From Candidatus Omnitrophota bacterium (GTDB lineage: Bacteria > Omnitrophota > Gorgyraeia > Zapsychrales > Fredricksoniimonadaceae), in NCBI GenBank assembly GCA_015232565.1, contig JADFZK010000006.1, positions 796 to 64,795 of the forward strand: 64,000 nucleotides of DNA. The letters are read 5' to 3'. Each line of letters begins with the position of its first letter. Positions within the stretch are counted from its first letter, which is position 1. A program made the position numbers and the translations under genes. Below are positions 27,127 to 37,161 of the stretch, in pieces. The notes below the pieces were generated by a model, which did no database searches, was not told the origin of the DNA, and saw nothing but the letters and a program-made list of their open reading frames with translations.

Positions 27127-27173
27127 CCTAAACTTCAAAGCCTTCGGGCTTTGGAGTTTGGGGTTTTCTTTGT
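27127..27173 (+). terminator. rho-independent terminator (long imperfect hairpin plus T-run)
   Basis: CCCTAAACTTCAAAGCC-TTCG-GGCTTTGGAGTTTGGGG followed by TTTTCTTTG. Confidence 0.55.
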
Positions 27174-27206
27174 AATCTAACACCCGTTCTTACGACAAAA
27201 ATTTGT

Positions 27207-30008
27207 ATGCTAAATTCAATCTCCATCAAACACGCTAAAGAGCATAATCTAAAGAACATATCTTTGGACCTGCCGCGTAATAAATTCATTGTGGTTACCG
27301 GGCTGAGCGGTTCCGGCAAGTCTTCTTTGGCCTTCGACACTATCTATGCCGAGGGCCAGCGCCGTTATGTGGAAAGCCTTTCGGCCTATGCCCGGCAGTT
27401 TTTGGACCAGATGCAAAAGCCCGACGTGGAATCTATCGAAGGCTTGAGCCCTACCATATCTATAGAACAGAAGACCACCAGCCGCAATCCGCGTTCTACG
27501 GTGGCTACCCAGACCGAGATCTACGATTATCTGCGTTTGCTTTTTGCCCGGGTGGGGGTGCCATATTACAAAGGCCAGAAGCTGGAAAAGCAATCGGCCC
27601 AGGAAATGTCGGCCCGTTTGCTTAAACTTCCCGAGGGCACCAAGATCAGCCTCCTGGCGCCCATGGTGCGCGGCAAGAAAGGTGTTTATCCGGATATTCA
27701 GAAACAGGTCTCCAAAGCGGGGTTTGCCCGTTTGCGGGTGGACGGGAATATTTATGATGTGAATGAGAAATTCAAACTGGATCGTTATAAAGTTCATCAT
27801 ATTGAAATAGTGGTGGACAGGCTTTCTATTAAACCGGATATAAAAGGCCGGCTTACCGATTCGGTGGAGACCGCGCTCAAAGTGGGCAAGGGTGTGCTAA
27901 TTGCGGCTTTTAGCGACGGCCAGCCGGACCTGGTGTTCAGTGAAACCTTCTCGGTGCCGGATGAGGACATTAACCTGCCCGAGCTTGAGCCGCGCACTTT
28001 TTCATTTAACTCACCTTACGGGGCCTGCCCGGATTGTAACGGGTTGGGCACCAAAATGGAGATCGACCCCGAGGCCTTGGTGAAAGATCCGGCCAAGCCC
28101 TGGACTACGGCTATTGTTCCGGCCGGTAAGGGACGGCGCGCTTACATGATGCATTTCCGCGCCGCCATGCGTGAGCTGGGGCGTTTGTACGATATAGATC
28201 CGTCTACGCCGTTCAATAAACTGCCCAAAGGGTTCAAGAAAAGCGTTATTGACGGGTCGGACGATATTGTTTGGGGCAAGAAGTTTGAGGGGGTCAAGGG
28301 GTACCTGGAGCGTATTTTCCGCTCGACCGACAGCGACTGGCTGAAAGAAGAAATAACGGATTTCATGTCGGAAGCTTCCTGCCCGGCCTGCGGGGGCTTG
28401 AGGCTCAAGAAAGAAACCCTGATGGTTCTGGTGGGCGAGCGCAATATCGCCGAGGTCACGGCTTTTTCTATTAAAGACGCCCGGACTTTCTTTAACCGCC
28501 TGGAACTCCCGGCTGATAAAAAGCCGATCGCCGCGCCGATAATTAAGGAAGTCAATCGCCGGCTGGATTTTTGTATTGATGTGGGCCTGGAGTATCTTAC
28601 CCTGGACCGCCGCAGTTCCACTCTTTCCGGCGGCGAGGCCGAGCGGATCCGTTTGGCGACCCAGGTCGGGTCCGGTTTGGTGGGGGTGGTTTATGTGCTC
28701 GATGAACCTTCCATAGGTTTGCATCAGCGGGATAACGAGCGTTTGCTTTCCAGTTTGCACACTTTGCGCGATATGGGCAATACGTTGATCGTGGTGGAAC
28801 ATGACGAAGATACTATCCGCAAGGCTGACTGGGTGGTAGACCTGGGACCCGGAGCCGGCAAGTTCGGCGGCGAGGTGCTTTATGCCGGTGAAGTGGATGG
28901 CTTGCTTAAATGCCCGGGGTCTTTGACGGGGCAATATTTACGCCGTGAACTATTTATTGAGACCCCGGTGCGCCGGCGGGATAACAGCAAGGCCGGTGCC
29001 ATTACCATTAAAGGCGTAACGGAACATAATCTGAAAAATATCGATGTGTCCATTCCTTTGGGCAAATTCGTTTGCGTTACCGGGGTGTCGGGTTCGGGGA
29101 AGTCCACCTTGGTTGAAAACGTATTGCACAAAGCTTTGGCGCAAAAGTTTTATGGTGCGCGCGATAAGCCGGGCGCTTTCCGCAAGATCGAGGGGCTGGA
29201 GAATATCGACAAGGTAATTGTCGTCGATCAATCGCCCATCGGGCGTACGCCGCGGTCCAATCCGGCCACCTATACCGGGGTCTTTACGGATGTCCGCCAG
29301 CTTTTTGCCCGCTTGCCCGAGGCCAGGTTGAGGGGCTATGATCCCGGGCGTTTCAGTTTCAATGTTAAGGGCGGCCGTTGTGAGGCTTGCGAAGGCGATG
29401 GCATTAAAGAGATCGAGATGCACTTTCTGCCGGACGTGCATGTGGAGTGCGAAGTTTGCCATGGCCGGCGTTTTAATGAACAAACACTTCAGGTGGAGTT
29501 CAAGGACCGCAATATCAGTCAGGTCCTGGATTGCTCGATCCTGGAAGCCCTGCAGGTTTTTGAGGGCGTGCCCCGGATCCGCCGGGTGCTGGAAGTTTTG
29601 AATGATGTGGGCCTGGAATACATTAAACTGGGCCAGGCGGCGACCACGCTTTCCGGCGGTGAGGCCCAGCGCGTAAAACTGGCTACCGAGCTTTGCAAGC
29701 AGGCTACCGGAAGAACCTTGTACATTCTTGATGAACCGACCACCGGCCTGCATTTTGCGGACGTGGCCAAACTGCTTAAAGTCCTGCAACGCCTGGTGGA
29801 CCGGGGGAATACCGTACTGGTTATTGAGCATAACCTGGATGTTATCAAAAGCGCGGATCATATCATCGACCTGGGCCCCGAAGGCGGGGATAAAGGCGGC
29901 GAGCTGGTGTGTTGCGGTACGCCGGAGGAAGTGGCCCGTCATCCGTCTTCGTACACCGCACAGTATCTTAAGCCTTTCCTTAATAATTTATCATTTTTAC
30001 CCTCGTAG
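27207..30008 (+). CDS. uvrA: excinuclease ABC subunit A
   Basis: Two ABC ATPase modules ([34 protein letters not shown]) and zinc-finger cysteines; 933 aa. Confidence 0.95.
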   Translation: MLNSISIKHAKEHNLKNISLDLPRNKFIVVTGLSGSGKSSLAFDTIYAEGQRRYVESLSAYARQFLDQMQKPDVESIEGLSPTISIEQKTTSRNPRSTVATQTEIYDYLRLLFARVGVPYYKGQKLEKQSAQEMSARLLKLPEGTKISLLAPMVRGKKGVYPDIQKQVSKAGFARLRVDGNIYDVNEKFKLDRYKVHHIEIVVDRLSIKPDIKGRLTDSVETALKVGKGVLIAAFSDGQPDLVFSETFSVPDEDINLPELEPRTFSFNSPYGACPDCNGLGTKMEIDPEALVKDPAKPWTTAIVPAGKGRRAYMMHFRAAMRELGRLYDIDPSTPFNKLPKGFKKSVIDGSDDIVWGKKFEGVKGYLERIFRSTDSDWLKEEITDFMSEASCPACGGLRLKKETLMVLVGERNIAEVTAFSIKDARTFFNRLELPADKKPIAAPIIKEVNRRLDFCIDVGLEYLTLDRRSSTLSGGEAERIRLATQVGSGLVGVVYVLDEPSIGLHQRDNERLLSSLHTLRDMGNTLIVVEHDEDTIRKADWVVDLGPGAGKFGGEVLYAGEVDGLLKCPGSLTGQYLRRELFIETPVRRRDNSKAGAITIKGVTEHNLKNIDVSIPLGKFVCVTGVSGSGKSTLVENVLHKALAQKFYGARDKPGAFRKIEGLENIDKVIVVDQSPIGRTPRSNPATYTGVFTDVRQLFARLPEARLRGYDPGRFSFNVKGGRCEACEGDGIKEIEMHFLPDVHVECEVCHGRRFNEQTLQVEFKDRNISQVLDCSILEALQVFEGVPRIRRVLEVLNDVGLEYIKLGQAATTLSGGEAQRVKLATELCKQATGRTLYILDEPTTGLHFADVAKLLKVLQRLVDRGNTVLVIEHNLDVIKSADHIIDLGPEGGDKGGELVCCGTPEEVARHPSSYTAQYLKPFLNNLSFLPS

Positions 30009-30038
30009 TAATACTTTGTTTGTTATAATGCTCCAATC

Positions 30039-32519
30039 ATGAAACCAATCAAATTCTTACTTATAAGTGTGCTTATCGCTGGGCTTTGCTCAGCGCCTGT
30101 TTTTGCCGCAGGGTCGAACGAGAAAGAAGTTTTCGTGGTGGCTCAGCGGGCTTTTGAGGACGGGTTCTACGATGTGTCCTTGCGTTATATCGACCAGCTT
30201 TTTAAAGAATTCCCGCAAACTACCAAAACCGTGGATGCCCGCCTGCTGGAAGGCCAGTGTTATTTTTTTAAGAAACAGTATTTAAAAGCCTTTGCGGTTT
30301 TTCAGGAATTGGCCAAGCGCAATGAATACAAGGACGTGACCCTGTTCTGGCTGGGGGAAACATATTTGAAAGTGGGCGACAGCGCCAAAGCCCAGGAACA
30401 GTATCGTCAGCTGATCGACGGCTATGTTAATTCGCTTTATGCGCCGCAGGCTTATTATTCGCTGGGCTGGAGTTATTTCGAGAAGGGCAGTTACGAGGAC
30501 GCCCGCAACGCTTTCGCCAAACTGGTGGAGTTGTTCCCGTCTAACAATCTGGCCGAAGACGCCGCTTTCAAGCTGGGGGAATGCGACTATAACGCCGCTA
30601 AATATGAAGGCGCGATCTTCCATTTCAATAAATATCTTACCGCTTACCCGAACTCCGCGCGGTTGGCCGAAGCTGTGTTTAACATCGGGGAGTCTTATTA
30701 TTATCTCGAACAGTTCGACCGTGCGGCTGAGTTTTACGAGAAAGCCCGTGCGGCCGCGGTGGATCCGCGCACAGCCCTTAACGCGATGGTGGGCCGGGGC
30801 TGGAGCCTGTTTAAAAAGAACGATTTTCCGGCCGCGCTGAAGGCTTTCGACGACGCCCAGGCGCATGCCAAGGTTAACAATTTTCCCGAGGACGATGTGC
30901 TTCTGGGCAAAGCCAGCCTTTTTACCGCCCAGGAGAAATACCAGGATGCCGCGGCCAGTTACGGCGAGCTCATCACGCGTTTTCCGGCCAGCTCCCGGGT
31001 GCCGGAAAGTTATCTGGGCCGCGCCAATGCTTTGTACCTGCTGAACGATTTTGCCCAGGCTATCGAGGATTATAAAGCGCTTATCGCCTTGCCGCCGGAG
31101 AGTGGCGTAAATGAAAAGACCCTGGAAAAGGCGCGCTTCGGTTTGGCCTGGACGTATCTTAAGAACGGTAATATCGATCAGAGTATCGAGAGTTTCAAGG
31201 GTGTATTGGAACGTACGGAAAGTAAAACGGTCAAGGTGAGCGCGCTGACGCAGATCGGCGACGCCTATCAGGAGGCCGGCCAGATCGATAAAGCCATCGC
31301 TACCTATGACCGGGTGCTTAAGGATATGCCGGACACCCCGTATTCGGATTACGTGCAGTACCGGCTGGGGGTGGCGGTGCTCAAGATCGGCAACATTGAT
31401 GCCGCTATTTTGGCTTTCCAGGCTTTAAAGGCTAATTATCCGAGTAGCAAGTACATCCCCGAAGCGCAATATTACCTGGGGGTTTCGTATTTCAAAAAAC
31501 GCGATTGGGCCGCGACACTGGAAGTCTTGAGCCCTTTTGTAAAGGCCGTAGCATCGGATAATGAGTTCTCGTCCGAGGCGCGTTATCTGGAAGCGCTGTC
31601 TTTGTTCAACCTTAAGCAATACGACAAAGCGCTGGCCGCTTTTACCGAGATGCAGAAATTATTTCCCGCCAAACCCGCGGTTTTGCGTAATGCGGAATTG
31701 GGAATTGCCAAGACCAAATACGAGACCGGGAATGTTAAAGAAGCTCTACAGCTCTTTGAGCAGGTGGCGGCGCGTTACCCGCAGTCGGACGCGGCGCTGG
31801 AGGCTTTTTTGTGGATGGGCGATCATGCCATGTCTTCCGGCCTTTACAGCCAGGCCGAAGCCCTGTATGTCCGGATCTTGGCCGATTTCCCCGGGAATGA
31901 AAAACGCTACCTGGCGCATTTCGAACTGGGGCGCGCGTATTACGCCCAGGGGGTGCTGGATAAAGCCCTGGAACAATATCGCAATGTTAATATTCCCTCC
32001 GACCCCGAGCTGGCGGCCCGGGCCAAGCTGGCTATTGCGGAAATATTCACCAAGGAAATGGATCCGGTCAAGGCAGTTGAGGCGTACCAGAATATTATTG
32101 CCACCAGCCCGGAATACCAACGCGACGCCTTGCTAAAGATCGCCCAGATCGACCGTAAGGCCGCCAAATATGCCGACGAGTTGAAAGCTTACGAAGCCGC
32201 TCTCGCCGCGCCTAAAGGCGTTTCGGCGGTTAAAGACGTGCAGTTACAATTCCTGTTGGGCGACACTTACGAGGCCATGAACGAGCCTAATAAAGCGGTG
32301 GAAGCTTATGTGAAAGTTCCGTACGTCCACGCCAAGGAACGGGATTGGGTCATTAAGGCGTACTTGCGCATTGGCAAGATCTACGAGAACCAGGAAGAAT
32401 GGGACAAGGCGGTTACTGCTTACGAAAAAGTGGGCGCCATGAATGTGGATGAGGCCAAGTTCGCCAAAGAACGTGTGGCAGCTATTGCACGCAACAGGCT
32501 TAAGCCCCGGGAAGAATGA
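30039..32519 (+). CDS. large secreted TPR-repeat protein (YbgF/CpoB-like repeats)
   Basis: Signal peptide MKPIKFLLISVLIAGLCSAPVFA; more than 15 TPR-like repeats (…YY.LG..Y…A…F…); upstream of the ExbB/ExbD-like genes. Confidence 0.8.
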   Translation: MKPIKFLLISVLIAGLCSAPVFAAGSNEKEVFVVAQRAFEDGFYDVSLRYIDQLFKEFPQTTKTVDARLLEGQCYFFKKQYLKAFAVFQELAKRNEYKDVTLFWLGETYLKVGDSAKAQEQYRQLIDGYVNSLYAPQAYYSLGWSYFEKGSYEDARNAFAKLVELFPSNNLAEDAAFKLGECDYNAAKYEGAIFHFNKYLTAYPNSARLAEAVFNIGESYYYLEQFDRAAEFYEKARAAAVDPRTALNAMVGRGWSLFKKNDFPAALKAFDDAQAHAKVNNFPEDDVLLGKASLFTAQEKYQDAAASYGELITRFPASSRVPESYLGRANALYLLNDFAQAIEDYKALIALPPESGVNEKTLEKARFGLAWTYLKNGNIDQSIESFKGVLERTESKTVKVSALTQIGDAYQEAGQIDKAIATYDRVLKDMPDTPYSDYVQYRLGVAVLKIGNIDAAILAFQALKANYPSSKYIPEAQYYLGVSYFKKRDWAATLEVLSPFVKAVASDNEFSSEARYLEALSLFNLKQYDKALAAFTEMQKLFPAKPAVLRNAELGIAKTKYETGNVKEALQLFEQVAARYPQSDAALEAFLWMGDHAMSSGLYSQAEALYVRILADFPGNEKRYLAHFELGRAYYAQGVLDKALEQYRNVNIPSDPELAARAKLAIAEIFTKEMDPVKAVEAYQNIIATSPEYQRDALLKIAQIDRKAAKYADELKAYEAALAAPKGVSAVKDVQLQFLLGDTYEAMNEPNKAVEAYVKVPYVHAKERDWVIKAYLRIGKIYENQEEWDKAVTAYEKVGAMNVDEAKFAKERVAAIARNRLKPREE

Positions 32520-33208
32520 TGATGTGGGAATCCGCGCCCTGGCAGTTATTCTCAATCGGCGGGCCTTTGTTGTGGCCAATACTTTTTTGCTCGGTCTTCG
32601 CTACAGCAATTGTTATCGACCGGGTGCTGTTCTTTTACAGCCTAAATGAAGACGTGGCCGCGTTAAAGCGCGCGATCTTTATCGCGGTTCGTAACAACGA
32701 CATAAAAAGCGCCATGACGGCGTGTGATGTGTCCGCCACGCCGTTGGCTCGGGTTTTAAAAGCCGGACTAATGCAGTATGGCCGCGGCAAGGAAGAGATA
32801 GCGGCGGCAATGGCCCAGGTAGTAAAACTGGAAGCGGTGGTTTTGCGCCAGCGTTTACCGGCTTTGGCGGCAATAGGGCGGGTGGTGCCATTACTGGGTT
32901 TTCTGGGTACGGTGACCGCTTTGTGTTCTTTGTTCCATACCATGTCGGTGCGTTCGCAGGCTTTCAATCAGCTTACTCCGGCCGATGTTTCCCGGGGTGT
33001 TTGGTCGGCGCTCATAACTACCGAAGCGGGCTTGATAGTTATGATACCTTGTGTTTTGGCGTATAGTTTTCTGGCGGATCATCAGGACCGTTATGGGTGC
33101 AAAATGGCCCAGGCCGCCGCGGACCTGGCCGACTTTCTGGTGCATACCGCGGAGCCTCCGGCAATCGCAGAAGGGGACGACGAAAGTGGACCTGCGCAGG
33201 CTGTTTAA
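32516..33208 (+). CDS. MotA/TolQ/ExbB-family proton channel
   Basis: Three-TM topology and C-terminal ExbB-like conserved region; 4-nt overlap with the TPR gene. Confidence 0.8.
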   Translation: MMMWESAPWQLFSIGGPLLWPILFCSVFATAIVIDRVLFFYSLNEDVAALKRAIFIAVRNNDIKSAMTACDVSATPLARVLKAGLMQYGRGKEEIAAAMAQVVKLEAVVLRQRLPALAAIGRVVPLLGFLGTVTALCSLFHTMSVRSQAFNQLTPADVSRGVWSALITTEAGLIVMIPCVLAYSFLADHQDRYGCKMAQAAADLADFLVHTAEPPAIAEGDDESGPAQAV

Positions 33209-33587
33209 AATGATCGGTACGGGCGGGCTGGATCTGGCGCCTTTGGCGAATATTGTTTTTTTGTTACTGCTCTTTGTGGCGGCGGGGCCGCTGTTCACCG
33301 GCATGTCGCCCCTGAAAGTTAGACTGCCCGGCGCGGTAACCAGCGAGGCCGCCAATGCCGACAATATTACGGTCGTTATATCCAGTGAAAATATTTTTTA
33401 TTTTCGCAACAAGGTGGTAACGCTCGGTGAGCTGGGGGCTTTCCTGGCGCGGCCGGAAAATAAAGGCCGCCCGGTGCTTATAAAAGCCGACCGGCGCGCT
33501 TCGGTGGGACGGATAGTGGACCTTTGGAACCTCGGACGGGGCCTGGGTGTGGAAAGGATCGATGTCGCTTCAGACCGTGAAGACTGA
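33186..33587 (+). CDS. ExbD/TolR-family protein
   Basis: Single N-terminal TM (LAPLANIVFLLLLF) plus an ExbD-like periplasmic domain. Start ambiguous: GTG 33186 or ATG 33210. Confidence 0.7.
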   Translation: MDLRRLFKMIGTGGLDLAPLANIVFLLLLFVAAGPLFTGMSPLKVRLPGAVTSEAANADNITVVISSENIFYFRNKVVTLGELGAFLARPENKGRPVLIKADRRASVGRIVDLWNLGRGLGVERIDVASDRED

Positions 33588-34002
33588 GTGGCTGGACCGG
33601 CGTTTTGGGGCGGCCCTGTTGTTGGCGGGCTTATTGCATGTTTTACTCTTTTCCAATGTGGCTTTCACGTTAAACGGTGCGCCCCGGCAGTACAGGATAG
33701 ACACTACTTTCTGGGGTAGTATTTTGCGCAAACAGGACCTTCAGCCGCAAATGCTGGTGTCCTCCCGGGAAGTGGGCAAGACCCTGGTTCTCGAGCCGTC
33801 AAAATTAGCGGGTAGTTTTCAGTCTTTGCTTTGGCAGTTGGGCGTGATGGTGGACAAGCCGGTGGTCAGTCAGAGTACCGGAGCAGAGACCTTACCGCTC
33901 AAGTTTTTGACCGAGCGGGTTGAAGTGGACGAGGTTGTCCCGGACGCGGTACCCGGGATCCCGGAAGCTCCATTGATCCGCTTGAAAGGCCCGCGCAAAT
34001 GA
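33547..34002 (+). CDS. hypothetical membrane-anchored protein
   Basis: ORF with one TM (FGAALLLAGLLHVLLF); occupies the position often held by a TonB/TolA-like partner, but no TonB C-terminal domain is recognisable. Confidence 0.4.
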   Translation: MWKGSMSLQTVKTEWLDRRFGAALLLAGLLHVLLFSNVAFTLNGAPRQYRIDTTFWGSILRKQDLQPQMLVSSREVGKTLVLEPSKLAGSFQSLLWQLGVMVDKPVVSQSTGAETLPLKFLTERVEVDEVVPDAVPGIPEAPLIRLKGPRK

Positions 34003-34250
34003 TCAATATTGATCTGGTGACTGCGGTATCCGCCTATATTTGTGTGGTGGTTGGCGTTATTACGCTTTGGTGGTGGTTTTCATCCGGTGAAAAGAAGGAA
34101 TTGCCCGAGTGGAACCCTACCGATCATGTGAAGCGTTGTTCGTACTGCGGGCATGTATTTCTGGATCATCAACGGCCCAGCGCATTAAAATGCCCTTTGT
34201 GTGAAAGTTATCTGGAGGTGTCGAATGTTGTGCAAGCCAAAGAAAAATGA
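33999..34250 (+). CDS. small membrane protein with C-terminal zinc-ribbon (CxxC…CxxC)
   Basis: N-terminal TM; C-terminal CSYCGH…CPLCES. Confidence 0.4.
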   Translation: MINIDLVTAVSAYICVVVGVITLWWWFSSGEKKELPEWNPTDHVKRCSYCGHVFLDHQRPSALKCPLCESYLEVSNVVQAKEK

Positions 34251-34548
34251 ATCGGGCATTGTTCTGGTCATTGTTATTACGTTTGTTCTCATTATGAGCG
34301 TGGCCATGGTGGGTTTGTTCAGCCGCAATGTATCTATGGCTTTGTCCGGCGTTGAGCAGGGCAAACGCATAAAAGCCGAAATGCTGGCCCGCGGGGGCTA
34401 TTGGAAAGCTTACAGTACGTTGTCTGGATCACCTAGTCAGTTGCCCAGTCCAAATCCAGAAACAGTTCGGTTGGATGGTATTAATTATGAGATTCTTTAT
34501 GTACAAGGTGCGGCTGGCCAAGTAAACGTGGTAGTTAACTATCAATAG
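34225..34548 (+). CDS. small pseudopilin-like/hypothetical protein
   Basis: An internal ATG gives MLCKPKKNESGIVLVIVITFVLIMSVAMV, which resembles a GspK/PilX-type N-terminal helix. Confidence 0.35.
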   Translation: MLCKPKKNESGIVLVIVITFVLIMSVAMVGLFSRNVSMALSGVEQGKRIKAEMLARGGYWKAYSTLSGSPSQLPSPNPETVRLDGINYEILYVQGAAGQVNVVVNYQ

Positions 34549-34622
34549 CTTTTTAATCCGGAAACCGTTTGACAAAGGTTTCGGGTTAGTCTTTAATGAT
34601 ACAAAGAGGACAAATATAAAAT

Positions 34623-36203
34623 ATGGTACCCACGCAGAAACTAGGCATATATTGGGGCAATACCGGCATTAGCCTGGTAGAGCTCAGCAAGGACGCGGTC
34701 GTTAACTCGGCCTTTGTGTCCTTTGCCGATATGGAAGCCAATGCCGTGGTGGGGTTAAGCACCATAAACGCAGATTTGCGTTTGCTCGACATAGTGCAAA
34801 GGACCTTGCGTTCCAGTTCTTTCTCGGTGGGTAATGCTTACCTGTCGCTTCCGTCCAAAGACATTATTGTGCGCTGGTTTGTTATACCCTGGGTAAAGCC
34901 CGATGAAGTTCAGGGTATGGTGTCGTTCGAGGCCAAGAAATATCTGCCCTTTGCCATGGACGAGCTCTTTTTTAATTATTACCCCTCGACCATCACCAAG
35001 GACGGCACCCGCAAGATCGGCATAGTGTTGACGGCCATTCGCAAGGTGCATTACGAGCGTTATTACAATGTGCTGGTGCAGGCTGGTATCAACGTGGTGT
35101 ATAGCGAGCCGTCGGCCATGAGCCTTTTGCGCACCATGGTGTACCGCAAGCTGGTGAATACCGAGCAAACCAGCGCGATCCTGATAGCGCGGGAAGAATC
35201 CTGCGAAATAGTGATTGCCTCCAAAGGTCATATCCGGTTCATCCGGGATTTCTCATTGCGGCCGGCCCAGGCGGGCACCGAGGAAAATAGCGACGATCTT
35301 TTTCGCCTCAAGTTCTTTAACGAGATCCGGATGTCGCTGGATTTCTTTTCCCGTGACAACGGCGGGCAGGATGTGGCCAAGATCATAGCGGTGTCTTCGG
35401 GGCTTAAGCTTTCGTTCTTCGATGGCATGTCCGAGGATGTGGGCCTGCCCGTGCAGGTTATGGAGCATTTTCAGGTCCTGGAGAATACCAATGCGCTGGT
35501 GGACATAGGGTATTTACGGGCTTTTGGCGTGGGGCTTTCGGGACAGGTGCCCACGGTAATAGATTTTAATTTGAGCGAAGGCAATGTACACGGCGGTGCC
35601 AAGAAGGCCGAAGGGGCCCGGCCGCCGCTCATTCCGCCGCAAGCCTTACTGGTAGCGGCGGTGGTCTGTTTGTGCGCGGGGTTGCTGGCGGCCAGCTGGT
35701 GGTGGATAAACGGCCAGATGCAGAAAGAGCAGGCGCTTAAGCAGGAAGTGTCTGCCCGCCTGGGGCGAAATTTGGATACTCCGCGGGAAGATTTTGACAG
35801 CAAGATAACTTTGTTGAATAAAAAGATCGAAGCGGTAAAAAGTTTGCCTTTAAAAAGGGCCCTGGCGGATTTCTTTGTTTATTTCGTCAAACTGATGCCG
35901 GCGGGCATGTGGTTTGACAATGTGGATATTGCGTACACCAGTACCAGCCAGGGCGGCGCGGCGCCCAAAAAGCTTTCGGCGGCGGATTATTATGTGGTCA
36001 AGACTTCGGCTCGCATGTCCATAACCGGTTTTGCTTCGCTGGGCGATACCAATGCCGAGTTTGAGCTGGTAAACCAGTTCGTGGTAAAATTACGTAACGA
36101 TGCGCGGATAAAACAACTGTTCCCCGACGTGAAGCTTAAATCGCTTCAGGCGCGGGATACCGGAGCCAAACAAAAGATCACCGCGTTCACCATAGATTTC
36201 TAA
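34623..36203 (+). CDS. pilM: type IV pilus assembly protein PilM fused to a PilN-like TM/coiled-coil module
   Basis: About 330 aa of actin-like PilM domain, followed by a TM helix (LLVAAVVCLCAGLLAASWWWI), a coiled coil and a periplasmic domain; 526 aa. Confidence 0.75.
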   Translation: MVPTQKLGIYWGNTGISLVELSKDAVVNSAFVSFADMEANAVVGLSTINADLRLLDIVQRTLRSSSFSVGNAYLSLPSKDIIVRWFVIPWVKPDEVQGMVSFEAKKYLPFAMDELFFNYYPSTITKDGTRKIGIVLTAIRKVHYERYYNVLVQAGINVVYSEPSAMSLLRTMVYRKLVNTEQTSAILIAREESCEIVIASKGHIRFIRDFSLRPAQAGTEENSDDLFRLKFFNEIRMSLDFFSRDNGGQDVAKIIAVSSGLKLSFFDGMSEDVGLPVQVMEHFQVLENTNALVDIGYLRAFGVGLSGQVPTVIDFNLSEGNVHGGAKKAEGARPPLIPPQALLVAAVVCLCAGLLAASWWWINGQMQKEQALKQEVSARLGRNLDTPREDFDSKITLLNKKIEAVKSLPLKRALADFFVYFVKLMPAGMWFDNVDIAYTSTSQGGAAPKKLSAADYYVVKTSARMSITGFASLGDTNAEFELVNQFVVKLRNDARIKQLFPDVKLKSLQARDTGAKQKITAFTIDF

Positions 36204-36233
36204 TCAGTGTTGAACGAGCAAAACTGATCGTAG

Positions 36234-36413
36234 GGGCCGACCTAGTGTGGTGATTCATATATCTCTTTACATTTGAATCACCACACTGGAGCAATGGAGC
36301 AATCGAAAATGGAGAAATATTAAAACATTTGGCTCCATTGCGGTCTATTTTCGATTTTCCAATGCTCTTCAAATGTAAAGAAGCGTCAGACACACTACAC
36401 TAGTGTCGGCCCG
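36234..36413. repeat. nested imperfect inverted-repeat element (~45-nt arms with internal perfect 13-bp stems); possible structured RNA, MITE or cruciform
   Basis: Arm 36234-36277 (GGGCCGACCTAGTGTGGTGATTCA…TTTGAA) is the reverse complement of arm 36368-36413. Inside: a 13-bp perfect stem GTGTGGTGATTCA/TGAATCACCACAC, a GGAGCAATGGAGCAAT direct repeat, and GCAATGGAGC/GCTCCATTGC pairing. Confidence 0.5.
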
Positions 36414-36492
36414 GTATGAGATGCGAATAGAGATGCAAACATTTACCGAAGGACGGAGATAAGCTCCGCCCCTAACGTTAGCAGGGCGCACA

Positions 36493-37161
36493 ATGGTTCA
36501 GTTTAAATTCAACGACAATAATGCTTTTGGCGGAGTTGGCAAAATGGGCGGAAAGAGCCCGGTGGCCATGCCGTCCAAGCTCACGGTGGAAAGCGTTAAG
36601 GAGTTTGCGCTTAAGCGTAAGGCCGAAACTTTTTGCGTGGTGCTGGTGCTGGTGACCGGGATCGTAGTCTGGTTGTTTATCACCTCGCAGTTGCAAAAGG
36701 TCAGCCAGATTAAAAGTGATGTGCAATTGTTGCTCGATAAAGAAACAGTCATCGCCAAGTTCAACAAGGTATCTACCGAAGGCGCGGCTCTAATGGGCAC
36801 TGTGCCGGGCGCTTTACCGGAGAACAGGTTCATTACCCAGCTGACAGCGCTGGCTAACAAGCGCAATGTTGCGGTTACGGCAATTTCGCCGCCAAGCACC
36901 AAAGACAGCGGGTTCTTTCGGTATATCAGCACCCAGCTTTCCTGCTCGGCCGACAATTTTAATGATGCTTTACTTTTCATAAACGACGTAGACCAGTCCG
37001 AGTTCGCGCTAAAAGTGGATTCCTGGAAAGTGCGGCAGGCGGGCGCGGCTGATTTTAGCAATACAGTTAACCCCGCCGGAGCTTCTGGCCGGCTGGACAT
37101 GGTGATAGTGGTTTCTTCTATCGATATACTGGGCAATGAAAAGGCCAAAAGTGCGAAATAG
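36493..37161 (+). CDS. PilO/GspM-like bitopic pilus assembly protein
   Basis: Single TM (FCVVLVLVTGIVVWLFI), coiled coil and periplasmic domain; position between pilMN and pilP/pilQ. Start uncertain. Confidence 0.5.
   Translation: MVQFKFNDNNAFGGVGKMGGKSPVAMPSKLTVESVKEFALKRKAETFCVVLVLVTGIVVWLFITSQLQKVSQIKSDVQLLLDKETVIAKFNKVSTEGAALMGTVPGALPENRFITQLTALANKRNVAVTAISPPSTKDSGFFRYISTQLSCSADNFNDALLFINDVDQSEFALKVDSWKVRQAGAADFSNTVNPAGASGRLDMVIVVSSIDILGNEKAKSAK

Noticed and set aside
28011-29942. Long minus-strand ORFs (307 and 330 aa) inside uvrA
   Set aside because: They lie antisense to a high-confidence, full-length uvrA CDS in a GC-rich region where stop-free antisense frames are common. They have no recognisable motifs.
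36187-36393. 68-aa minus-strand ORF across the nested inverted-repeat element
   Set aside because: It spans palindromic DNA where both strands read similarly, with no RBS and no conservation signal. It is more likely a structural element than a CDS.
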